A DNA stretch of 64,000 nt, taken from an uncultured Acidobacteriaceae bacterium (GTDB lineage: Bacteria; Acidobacteriota; Terriglobia; Terriglobales; Acidobacteriaceae). Positions 39,788-48,434 of the stretch are shown piece by piece. The DNA is taken from contig CAWKIR010000012.1 in NCBI GenBank assembly GCA_963849815.1, forward strand, positions 41,169-105,168, in the 5' to 3' direction. Under the pieces are notes generated by a model. The model saw only the letters and a program-made list of their open reading frames with translations, made no database searches and was not told the origin of the DNA. Every line of letters begins with the position of its first letter. Positions within the stretch are counted from its first letter, which is position 1. A program made the position numbers and the translations under genes.

Positions 39788-39979
39788 GTGCGCCATCACA
39801 AGGCCATTAAGCTTGTCATCAGGAGCCGGCCTTTAGAAGCCGATCAGCTCGGCATCGATGGTGTTACGCTGCTGGCCATGCGTCCCGACGGATACGTCGG
39901 CCTGCGATCGGACCAGGACCACTTGCGAGAGATGCGACACGATTGCACCCTGATTCATGCGGGAAACCTTGACGGCTGA
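39788..39979 (+). pseudogene. Possible remnant of the C-terminus of an FAD-dependent aromatic-ring monooxygenase
   Basis: ..GIDGVTLLAMRPDGYVGLRSDQDHL.. resembles the conserved C-terminal (L)VRPDG(Y/H)VAWR segment of PheA/TfdB-type hydroxylases. There is no upstream body, and frames are broken between 39690 and 39790. Confidence 0.3.
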
Positions 39980-40066
39980 TGAATTCCTTCGTCTCCCCAC
40001 CAAGCAACCCAACGACGCCATGAACGCCGCGCCTCTGGGCGATCATGGCCCGGTGCGGTTGGCTGC

Positions 40067-40591
40067 TTACTTCGTATTGACCATGGGAATCGTCGCGGAC
40101 AACTGCAGATTGATCAGCAGGTCAATCCGGCGATCAATCTGGTAACACAGGGCAGTCTTCTTTGCCGAGATGACCTGCTCAAATATCGGAACATACTTCA
40201 TGCGCAAGGCCAGCAGTTGCTGGTCAACCGCGTTCGATCTCTTCATGTAATCCGCTGCCTGGGCATCGGTCATGGTGTTGTAGTTCGTGGCATAGTCCTT
40301 AATCACCGCCCACCGTTCGTCATTGGGTTTAATGGCTTCTTTGCGGTACTGGTCAAAAATCGGCCAGAACTTGGTGGCCTCGTCGGCGGTCAGAGTCATG
40401 TTCTCTGCCATGATCTGCTTGCGCTGCGCGCGAAGGTCCGCCCGCAGCATCTCGACGTCCTGGTCCTTGATCGGGCTAGCTTGCGCGCCTGCGCCCGGAG
40501 CACTCTGCGCCGCGGCCTGCCCCATGACGGATACGCTGCCCAAAAGCAACGCGCTGACTACAAATAGAACTGCTACGACGCTCTTCTTCAT
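40067..40591 (-). CDS. Periplasmic helical protein (Spy/CpxP LTXXQ-like?)
   Basis: ATG at 40591 is preceded by GGAG. Signal peptide MKKSVVAVLFVVSALLLGSVSVMGQAAAQ. Helical repeats with LTADEA and MTDAQA motifs. Confidence 0.6.
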   Translation of the reverse strand: MKKSVVAVLFVVSALLLGSVSVMGQAAAQSAPGAGAQASPIKDQDVEMLRADLRAQRKQIMAENMTLTADEATKFWPIFDQYRKEAIKPNDERWAVIKDYATNYNTMTDAQAADYMKRSNAVDQQLLALRMKYVPIFEQVISAKKTALCYQIDRRIDLLINLQLSATIPMVNTK

Positions 40592-40776
40592 GATTTCATT
40601 CTCCGTTCTGCATTCACCATTGACCGTGGTCACATCCCAGCAGCAGTGTATAGCGAATCGTAGATCTGTTCTAGGATTGTTTGCGTACACCTGCCCATCA
40701 GTGACTAATTATGAACGGGAAGCGCAGCGAGGATTACCACCGACATGGCAATTTATCAACGATCATCATTCTGGAA

Positions 40777-41007
40777 TCAATATCGAGCGTCATTGTCAGC
40801 AGCTTCGCCTTGCCTGAGCTTCAACTTTTCCGCGGCCTGAGAGCCTAACTGCCAAGCAACGAACACCATCAGGAAGTCGCCGATCCACTTCAAGCCAGAC
40901 GGGTCATGAAAGCAAGAGTGAACGCCGCCTAAGAAACTGACTCCAGCGCAAAACGAGAAAATACGAACCCACAACAGGGAAGGCTGAAAAACCTTGGAGA
41001 GCGTCAT
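40777..41007 (-). CDS. Hypothetical small two-TM membrane protein
   Basis: ATG at 41007 has AAGGAG 9 nt upstream. Two hydrophobic segments. No family recognised. Confidence 0.4.
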   Translation of the reverse strand: MTLSKVFQPSLLWVRIFSFCAGVSFLGGVHSCFHDPSGLKWIGDFLMVFVAWQLGSQAAEKLKLRQGEAADNDARY

Positions 41008-41147
41008 TGCTTCCTGCTCCTTGCACACCCTCAGACAGTCAGAGCTTACTCATGCGCGTTAGCGAAAGTCTGTAACCTGTGGTTACTGTTGTAAACAGGC
41101 CGTGGCGCCACCAATCCCAAGCCGGGTTTCGACGCCCCCATTTCCGC

Positions 41148-41507
41148 TCAGTGCATGTCGTTCGTGCCGCCGCCCGTTCCGCCGGACTGCGAAAGCATCT
41201 TCACGCTGGCTACTTGCAGCGAACCGTCGCTGGTCAGGTTGCCGCTGATCTCCACGTGTTGTCCCACGTGGTCTTTGACCGCATCCGGATTGGCCACGGC
41301 AATCACCTTCTGGTCTTTGTCGCTGACGAAGACTGGCTTTTCGCCGGCGCCAATGCACTTCTTGGCACAGGCAGCGTGGGAGGCGTTCGCGCCCTGGGCG
41401 CCGCACTTGGCGTCGCTGATCCATCCCTCCCAACTCTGGTCTTTGGCAACCGCCAGCATGGTCATGGCGCAAAGATATAGCCCCATCATGAAAAGAACTC
41501 GCTTCAT
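41148..41507 (-). CDS. Hypothetical small secreted Cys-containing protein
   Basis: ATG at 41507 is preceded by AGGAG. Signal peptide MKRVLFMMGLYLCAMTMLAVA. The mature part contains CGAQGANASHAACAKKC. Confidence 0.55.
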   Translation of the reverse strand: MKRVLFMMGLYLCAMTMLAVAKDQSWEGWISDAKCGAQGANASHAACAKKCIGAGEKPVFVSDKDQKVIAVANPDAVKDHVGQHVEISGNLTSDGSLQVASVKMLSQSGGTGGGTNDMH

Positions 41508-41879
41508 TTTCGATCTCCTGAATTGAACAGGCCCTTCGCTGGCCCGCCGCTCTTCCACTGCAACTTCGGCCGGAGGTCCGGTTCGCGGGTGCCAAGCCGC
41601 GATTCCGCCCTCGGCCACTCCCACATCTCCGCATCCCTCTCGGTCCACCTGCGGATTGCCTTGCAGACAGAGTCTATTCCTCTATGAATCCCTGGCAAAA
41701 CAAACGCGGCTGAACCCGGGTTCACAATCAGTTAATGCCGTAATCGCAGTTCTATCGGTATGATAGAAACACCGACAACAGGTAGGCTGATTCCCGGGGG
41801 CAAACCCATTTCAGCCTGGCCTCGTCTAAGACCAGTAGGGAGTCCGCAGGTGCATAACCCGCGCGGGCCTGATGAGCAC

Positions 41880-43334
41880 ATGCGGCTTTGTCTGAAAGTC
41901 CTCCTTGTACTTTTCGCTCTCGCGGCCGTTCCCCCGGCAGCGCGGGCCGACATCGGCTTGCTCCTCAATGCCAAGGCCAACGCCCATCCCTTGCCTTTGA
42001 CCGCCGAAATCACCGGCGAAGGACATTCGGCTGTCTACCTGTCGCGAATCTGCGCGGCCACCCCCGTTACTCTCAGGATGTGCGAGCCCGGCGAGTTGGG
42101 CGCCGTCATTCAGAACTACGAAGACTACATGGAGAATCAACCCTACGAGTGGAACATCGTTCCTCTCAGCCTTTATCTCTATGGCGTCGACGACGTGCGC
42201 GACCGGCCGCTGTTCGGCTCTCCGGAGCTGCGCGAGGTATTGCAGGACCAGTATCGCCAGAATCATCTTCAGCAGTTGTGTACTACGCGGCGTTGCATCA
42301 ATAATCCTGAAGCCAACTGGCGCGACTCGGTGGCTGCCGCCTTCGTACGCGAGATCTACATCTTCCAGGTCCACACCTCGGTGGAGCAGGATGAACAGTT
42401 CGTCCGCGCCTTCAACGCCCGCGCCAACGTTAATCATTACAACGGCTTCTCGCGCAATTGCGCCGACTTCGCCAAGCTGGTGGTGAATACCTACTTCCCC
42501 CACTCGGCCCACCGCGATATCCTCAACGACTTTGCCATGACTGGCCCCAAGGCCATCGCCCGCAGCTTTACCCACTACGCCGAGCATCATCCCGAACTCG
42601 ACCTGCATGTGCTACGCGTGGAGCAGGTGCCCGGCACCTACAAGCGCAGCTCCGATTGCCATGAAGGCACGGAGCAGACGGTTCGCTCCCTCAAATGGCT
42701 GGTGCCGATCATGCTCGTGGAGGCGCAGGCGGTTCCCGTACTGGCTGCCTCCTATTTCTTCACCGGACACTTCGATCCCGACCACGAGCTGCGCAATCGT
42801 CCTTCCGAGAGTTCTGCCGTCCTGCTGGATGAACTGGCCGACGCGAAACAGTCCGGCGACCAGCCGCAGGCGCAGGAACTACAGCGCGATTTGCACGCCG
42901 AGCGCGTCCAGCAGGTTGGCGATGCCCAGCAATGGAAGGCCTATCGTGAACGCTTCGAGGAAGTCCTGAAAAGCGCCATCGACGAGGGAATCGTCTCCAA
43001 TCGTCGCGAGCTGCACAATCTTTTCCGTAACCTTCAGGCGCGGGGACGAGTGTATGTGGACGCCGGCGGCCAACCCTGGCTGGAAGCGGACAACAGCGGC
43101 CGCCTGCTGCGCGTGGGCTTGGGCCACAACAACATTGTCAGTCCTCAATCGGATTCCCGGCTGGCGCTGCGGCTGTTGTTGGCTCGCACGGATGCCCTGC
43201 TCTCGGTGCGGGCCAAGCATCGCGAGTTGTCGCCCCAATTCCAATCCGACTGGGATTTGTTGCAGCGCGCCGAGAACGCCATGCCAACCGCCGGCACTCA
43301 GTCCGTAATCGCCAGCCGCGCCTCGCGCCCGTAG
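41880..43334 (+). CDS. Hypothetical secreted protein with a possible permuted papain-like (His..NCxxF) N-terminal domain
   Basis: Signal peptide MRLCLKVLLVLFALAAVPPAARA. Motifs GEGHSAVYLSRIC and YNGFSRNCADFAKLVV. The C-terminal half is helical. Confidence 0.6.
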   Translation: MRLCLKVLLVLFALAAVPPAARADIGLLLNAKANAHPLPLTAEITGEGHSAVYLSRICAATPVTLRMCEPGELGAVIQNYEDYMENQPYEWNIVPLSLYLYGVDDVRDRPLFGSPELREVLQDQYRQNHLQQLCTTRRCINNPEANWRDSVAAAFVREIYIFQVHTSVEQDEQFVRAFNARANVNHYNGFSRNCADFAKLVVNTYFPHSAHRDILNDFAMTGPKAIARSFTHYAEHHPELDLHVLRVEQVPGTYKRSSDCHEGTEQTVRSLKWLVPIMLVEAQAVPVLAASYFFTGHFDPDHELRNRPSESSAVLLDELADAKQSGDQPQAQELQRDLHAERVQQVGDAQQWKAYRERFEEVLKSAIDEGIVSNRRELHNLFRNLQARGRVYVDAGGQPWLEADNSGRLLRVGLGHNNIVSPQSDSRLALRLLLARTDALLSVRAKHRELSPQFQSDWDLLQRAENAMPTAGTQSVIASRASRP

Positions 43335-43591
43335 TCTCAACGTCTAGCGCAAGCAAACTAGCCGCAACGCGGCGGAATGAAGTTAGACGGGGGCGTAAGC
43401 CCCCGGTCAAGTGGGATATTTACCTGAGCCGCCGAGCGGCGACACAGCCTCTTATATCGACGACGGATCTGCAGCGGCAAGAATTACTCAGGCACGGACG
43501 GCCTTGCGGCAAGCTGGCAACCGACAACTGGCTACTGTTTCGTGGCCTTCAGGCCGACGAAGGATATGCGCTTCCGACCTCCCGTACTCTT

Positions 43592-44569
43592 CTAACGACC
43601 TTCATTCGCCCGATAACTGGCCCGCAACTCCTGCACAATCTCCGCCGCCGCCTGCCGTCCCTGCTCGAACATGTTTGGCGGAAACGAGATTGCTCCCACC
43701 CGCGCGTGTCCGCCTCCGCCGTAGCGTTCGCAAATCTTCGCCAGGTTCTCCATGTGCGTCGCCGTTGTCCAGGGATTCGATCCTACCGAGACCTTCGTCC
43801 GGAAGCTGCTTTTGCTCAGCCCAACGCTGTACACGCAATCCGGATGCAGGTAGTACGGGATAAATTTGTTGTAGCCCTCGAGCTCGTAATCGGTGATGTC
43901 GAAGTAGACGGTGCCGTCCTTGCACTCGGCGCGCTCGCGCAGGATTTCAATGGAGCGGCGATGCCGTTCCATCAATTGCGGAAGCCGTTCCGCGATCGCC
44001 GGCTCCGCCACGATCTCCGCCAGCGGCTTGTAGGCCAGTTGTGCGATCAGCCTGGGGATGAATTGCGGGTCCTGGTTGGACTCGATCAGCATGGTCAGCC
44101 TGGTGGCCGGAGTTTTCATCTCCACCGCCGCCTGCGGACTGTCGTACAGCGCTCCGTCGATGATGTCGGCCCACTCAATCATCTCGGCTGCCGGCGCGGG
44201 ATTGAAGCCGAAGCGCTGCTCCGTCACCACGGCAATAAATTTGGTGCAGGAGCGGAAGCTGGGATCGTAGAATTTGGTGGTGCTCTGTTCATGCTCAAAG
44301 TGCGAGGCGTCTTCAGGCGTGAGGAAGGCGCTTTGATGATGATCGAACCACCACGTCACCCGCGGCGACGACGAGTACTTGAAATCCACAATGGCATTCT
44401 CGTCGCCGGTGAAATCCGCTTCGTCGAACAGCGCGCCCGCACGGTGCACCAGTCCCTGATACTCGAATTCGGCGTGCTCTCGTATGCGCTCGCGGTAGAA
44501 CCGCGTGAACAGCGCCGCCGAGCAGGCCCCGTCAAAACACTTGTCGTGATAGAAGACCTTGATCCTCAC
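43592..44569 (-). CDS. DHH-family phosphoesterase
   Basis: N-terminal HDKCFDGACSA, DHH motif WWFDHHQS and a DHHA1-like YGGGGHARVGA near the C-terminus. Confidence 0.75.
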   Translation of the reverse strand: MRIKVFYHDKCFDGACSAALFTRFYRERIREHAEFEYQGLVHRAGALFDEADFTGDENAIVDFKYSSSPRVTWWFDHHQSAFLTPEDASHFEHEQSTTKFYDPSFRSCTKFIAVVTEQRFGFNPAPAAEMIEWADIIDGALYDSPQAAVEMKTPATRLTMLIESNQDPQFIPRLIAQLAYKPLAEIVAEPAIAERLPQLMERHRRSIEILRERAECKDGTVYFDITDYELEGYNKFIPYYLHPDCVYSVGLSKSSFRTKVSVGSNPWTTATHMENLAKICERYGGGGHARVGAISFPPNMFEQGRQAAAEIVQELRASYRANEGR

Positions 44570-44701
44570 AAACCCTTTCCACCGCAGTAAAGCTGTTCAG
44601 TATAGAGGAAATGCCCCCGTCTCATCGGTCACAGGAAATGAAAAGTAAATAGAAATGACATTTCCAGGGTTGGATGTCAAGCGGCCAGCACGGAACGGCC
44701 G

Positions 44702-44735
44702 TTCGCCACAGAGACCGCGAGACCACAGAGAAAAC
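44702..44735. repeat. CACAGAG-type short repeat cluster
   Basis: ttcgccacagagaccgcgagaccacagagaaaac. Same family as 32240 and 58402. Confidence 0.6.
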
Positions 44736-44891
44736 TAGAAGCCATCTCATAATGCATTGTGTCAGGGCACGGCTTTAGCCGGGCCGAAAGCTGCTGTCAA
44801 ATCGTGGGCTTTGGCCCCCGCGGTACTTTGGCCTTCGCCGCTGCGGGATTTATGAGATGAGTCCTGGAAACCCCTGTGTCTCGGTGGTGGA

Positions 44892-45626
44892 TTACTCCGC
44901 CGGAGGCCGTAAGATCACCAGCATCCGCAAATCCGTCACCGCATGCAAAACCATGGGAAGCAGCAGATTTCCGGTCAGCAGAAAGAGCAAGCCGAACAAG
45001 AAGCCGGTGACAGCGCTGGACACAACTCCGCTGATGCCGCCATAGAGGTGGTTAAGTCCAAAGATCACCGACGAACTCACTAGCGCCACGGTGAGGTTCA
45101 CCGTCCAGGGAAAAACATGCAGATAATGCAGCAGGAATCCGCGAAAGAGCGTTTCCTCGCAGACGCCCGCCGTGATGCACAGGAAAACAAACCAGCGGCG
45201 TTCCGCCCAGGTGTCGGGGAAAAAGTAATCGAGCGACTTCAACGCGTCGGCTTGCGAATACTTGCGCGGCTCCTTCTTTAGCTTTTTCCGAACGACGATC
45301 ACAATCGGCAGCAGCAGGAGCGCGGCGAAAAGCGCAATCACCACTTCCACCAGATAGAAGACCCAGGCATGCTCCAGCAGCCAGGGAATCTCTCTGAGCG
45401 CGGGGCTGATGGTGAACAGCGGACGCCAGCCCACGACAATCAAGGCCACAATGCTGGAAATCCACAGCCACGCCATAAGCGTTTTGTAGTAGCGGATTTT
45501 CTGCGGCGAGCCAGGGATCTTCTTCAGCCGGCTGGTGTCGTAGAAGTCCCAGGCCGGAGCCACCACCAATAGGAATAGAAACAGCAGGTGTTGGACCAGC
45601 GTCATGAGTGAGGCAGAGAGTGCCAT
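44892..45626 (-). CDS. CPBP (CAAX/Abi) family intramembrane glutamic endopeptidase
   Basis: Multi-TM protein with motifs CEETLFRGF, FGLNHLY and HAVTDL. Confidence 0.8.
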   Translation of the reverse strand: MALSASLMTLVQHLLFLFLLVVAPAWDFYDTSRLKKIPGSPQKIRYYKTLMAWLWISSIVALIVVGWRPLFTISPALREIPWLLEHAWVFYLVEVVIALFAALLLLPIVIVVRKKLKKEPRKYSQADALKSLDYFFPDTWAERRWFVFLCITAGVCEETLFRGFLLHYLHVFPWTVNLTVALVSSSVIFGLNHLYGGISGVVSSAVTGFLFGLLFLLTGNLLLPMVLHAVTDLRMLVILRPPAE

Positions 45627-45668
45627 CCCGGAGAATTCTCGCCGATCAGTATATCGGTGAGAGCAGCT

Positions 45669-46196
45669 CTACGCTCCGGCCTGCTTCTCCGCTAGATCGC
45701 CGACGATGGGCAGTTTGTAGACCTGGTGCTGATAAGCCTTAATCACCACCAAGGCCCAGAGTGCAAGCACGGCGAGGCTGTAGAGAGGCCAAATCAGCGC
45801 CGTCACCATCCATCCGATCACCGGCACCAGATGCAGAATCTGGGACAGAATCATCAGCACGACGTCGATGACCACCAGCGCTGCCGCGACGAATAGACAC
45901 TGGAACGAGTGAAAGCGCACGAATCGATTGCGGTTGTAGGGCTCGATCAGCAGAAAAATGATCGCCGGAATGATGGTGAAATACGCCAGCATGCCCGCAA
46001 CGTTCTCCGCCAGCGGCGCGGCAGGTGCAACCGGAGCTGCCGTCGCGTTATAGCCGGCCTCAGGCGCGGGCGTTGGGGTTGACGCCGGCGCAGCCGCAGC
46101 TGCCCCGGTCCCGGCCTGCCCGACGGCTTTGCCGCAACTCGGACAGAACGCCACATTATCGGCGATTTGCGTACCGCAATTCGGACAGAAAGCCAT
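45669..46196 (-). CDS. Zinc-ribbon domain membrane protein
   Basis: N-terminal CPNCG..CPSCG zinc ribbon, an Ala/Pro-rich linker and a C-terminal multi-TM domain (DUF4870-like by eye). Confidence 0.7.
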   Translation of the reverse strand: MAFCPNCGTQIADNVAFCPSCGKAVGQAGTGAAAAAPASTPTPAPEAGYNATAAPVAPAAPLAENVAGMLAYFTIIPAIIFLLIEPYNRNRFVRFHSFQCLFVAAALVVIDVVLMILSQILHLVPVIGWMVTALIWPLYSLAVLALWALVVIKAYQHQVYKLPIVGDLAEKQAGA

Positions 46197-46393
46197 GCAA
46201 GCCCTCCCTGAGATAAAGCAAGCGGAACCTTCGTGACCGACTCAAATCGTTGGCGCGGCCACCCAAGCTTTGCGTTGCCGCGGACAATACCAGACTGACG
46301 ACGCAAAGGCAAAGCAAAAAATTGGCGTGCAATTGCATCAGGAAATTGGCAAACTACCGGCTGACCATCGTCGTGCCAAAGGAGACGCGGAAC

Positions 46394-46765
46394 ATGGCTT
46401 ATATTGCGACTGCTCCAGAAAGTTACCAGGGCCAGGTCGTCGGCAGCGGACAGTGCGTAGCCTATGTGCAGACGGCGAGTGGGGCTCCGTTAACCGCCAG
46501 CTGGTCGCAGGGCGCGCTGCTGCGGGGCAATGCGGCCATTCAGCCGGGCACCGCGATCGCTACCTTTGGGCCACAAGGCACCTATACCAACAGCACCGAT
46601 GGAAGCTCCCACGCGGCAATCTATACGGGCCAGAACGGCGCTGGACTGCAAGTGTGGGATCAATGGAAGGGGCAGCCGGTCCATCAGCGCACCATTCGAT
46701 TTCAAGGAGGAGCTCCCGGAGTGAAGCCGGTGAACGATGGAGACGCGTTTTATGTCATCGCTTGA
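46394..46765 (+). CDS. Small CHAP/NlpC-P60-like Cys-His protein without signal peptide (I recall the NCBI family name BPSL0067)
   Basis: AGGAG lies upstream of ATG 46394. GSGQCVAYV provides the nucleophile Cys, and SSHAAIYTGQNGAGLQVWDQW provides His plus a downstream acidic residue, with the spacing typical of papain-like amidases. Confidence 0.7.
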   Translation: MAYIATAPESYQGQVVGSGQCVAYVQTASGAPLTASWSQGALLRGNAAIQPGTAIATFGPQGTYTNSTDGSSHAAIYTGQNGAGLQVWDQWKGQPVHQRTIRFQGGAPGVKPVNDGDAFYVIA

Positions 46766-47213
46766 GCGCTCACTGTGGCTGGGGTTTCTGGGGTGCTCGT
46801 TGGCATTCTTTCCTTCGGCGGCTGGACAGGCGCAACAAAAGCAAACTTCGCTTCCGGTAGTTTGCCCGGCCAACATCGCGATAGAAGAAACAGCCGCACC
46901 GGCGCCGGGCTGGAGCGTTTCCACGGCTAAGTCCCAGCACAGTTTTGAGCGGATCTCGGTTTACAACGTGGGAGCCGACGGCCAGGAATTCGACCTTGCT
47001 CCCGACGATCAGAAAGAAAAAGGCAAGAGGATTACGCAGACCTGGAATGTGAAAGACTACCGGTCTCTCAAGGTCTTTATGCGTTGCCGTTATCAGGATA
47101 CTTCGGTGGTCCTGCTCCGCGAGTTGCCATCAGCCGTGACTACTTGCACCCTGCGATTTGCCAATGCCGCCAACGGAATTGTCGCCGGCGAATCCAGTAT
47201 GGAATGCCGCTAG
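46752..47213 (+). CDS. Small secreted four-Cys protein, immunity-like partner (I recall the NCBI family name STY0301)
   Basis: ATG at 46752 has GGAG 9 nt upstream and overlaps the preceding gene by 14 nt. Signal peptide MSSLERSLWLGFLGCSLAFFPSAAGQAQ. Four Cys residues in the mature part. An alternative start exists at 46737. Confidence 0.65.
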   Translation: MSSLERSLWLGFLGCSLAFFPSAAGQAQQKQTSLPVVCPANIAIEETAAPAPGWSVSTAKSQHSFERISVYNVGADGQEFDLAPDDQKEKGKRITQTWNVKDYRSLKVFMRCRYQDTSVVLLRELPSAVTTCTLRFANAANGIVAGESSMECR

Positions 47214-47298
47214 GCACTCTGGTCAAGCTCCATCTTGAAGGGAACGGCCTTTACTAGCCGCAAAGCGGCGGCACCGACAATGCCGCAAAAGACTCCCC

Positions 47299-48354
47299 TT
47301 ACGGTTTGACGGCGTCGGCCCGCAGTTTTCCAATGCGTGCTTTCGGCCCAACGATGAACGGCGGCGACACCGCGTTCCAGTTGCCATCGTCCAGGCGCTG
47401 CCAAGTCTTGCCGTTATCCCGAGAAATGTCAGATCCGTTGGTTCCAGCCGCGATCCATACTTTTGCTTCGGCGTCCCATGCCACGGCAGAGCGGTATCCA
47501 TGTGGCGGCTTGGACGCGGCCTTCCAGTGTCGGCCGCCGTCGGCTGTCCATGCCGCGGGGCTCGAGGCATCGTCAGGCTTCTTGTAGTCGCCGCCCACCA
47601 CTACGCCGTGCTTCGCGTCGCGGAACGCAACCGAAAAAGCTCCCGTCGAATCACTCCCGCCCGCCAGGGGAAGCCAAACGGCTAGACAATCTCGAGTGCC
47701 GTCGTTGTAAGCCAGAAGAGGCGAGAGTACTGCGCGGGCGCCGAGCTTGCCCCCCGTCACCAGGATGTACCGGCCCGACCCGAAGACAAATACCGAAGAA
47801 TTACTTGCAGCGAAGGCGCCCTCACCTTGGACAGCCGCACAGGAGTCCGCGTCAACCGCCCAGCCGTGTTCCGGAATCATGACCTCGGTGTAAAAACGTC
47901 CGCGGACAGGGTCGCCAACCAGCACCCCCGTTTGCTGGTCTCCGGCCGTGCCGAAATCCAGCGCCGGAAAGCCAACCGCATCCCAGAACCCGTCCTTCTC
48001 TGAGTTCTGTCTCTCCTCAGTCCAATGCGCGCAGCCGTCGGTAGTCTTGTACAGCCGGGACTGGTTTCCTGGCCCGGACGACATAATGATTGCAGTCTTT
48101 GCATCCCATGCCCAGACGCCGCGAAAGTCGAGCTTCTCGGCTCCGGGCGGCGTAGCGCATCTCTGCCAATGCGAACCTCCATCCTCTGTCCGAAGCACCG
48201 TGCCGTCTGTGCCGCTGGCCCACGCCACGGCCCCGTCCACCGAGTGGATGCCACGGAAGCTGGCCGTGGAGTTGGACTGTTGCATGTCCCACTGCCCGCG
48301 CGCGGTACCAAACGCCGCGAGCATAAGTATGGAGAGAACGAAGGTGCGATTCAT
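47299..48354 (-). CDS. Secreted BNR/Asp-box beta-propeller protein (Ycf48/sialidase-like fold)
   Basis: Signal peptide MNRTFVLSILMLAAFGTARG. Repeated S-x-D-x-G-x-x-W type boxes (TEDGGSHWQ, TTDGCAHWT, TADGGRHWK, SRDNGKTWQ). Confidence 0.7.
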   Translation of the reverse strand: MNRTFVLSILMLAAFGTARGQWDMQQSNSTASFRGIHSVDGAVAWASGTDGTVLRTEDGGSHWQRCATPPGAEKLDFRGVWAWDAKTAIIMSSGPGNQSRLYKTTDGCAHWTEERQNSEKDGFWDAVGFPALDFGTAGDQQTGVLVGDPVRGRFYTEVMIPEHGWAVDADSCAAVQGEGAFAASNSSVFVFGSGRYILVTGGKLGARAVLSPLLAYNDGTRDCLAVWLPLAGGSDSTGAFSVAFRDAKHGVVVGGDYKKPDDASSPAAWTADGGRHWKAASKPPHGYRSAVAWDAEAKVWIAAGTNGSDISRDNGKTWQRLDDGNWNAVSPPFIVGPKARIGKLRADAVKP

Positions 48355-48434
48355 AGGACTAATCGTCGTATCCCGCGCACTGGATCCCTGCGGTGGTCTT
48401 GAACTCAACGGTTGGCCTTCGTTGCAACGGCTAG

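Noticed and set aside
43706-44590. 294-aa ORF antisense to the DHH phosphoesterase gene
   Set aside because: The sense frame carries the DHH and GGGH motifs. The antisense translation is Arg/Leu/Val-rich without motifs.
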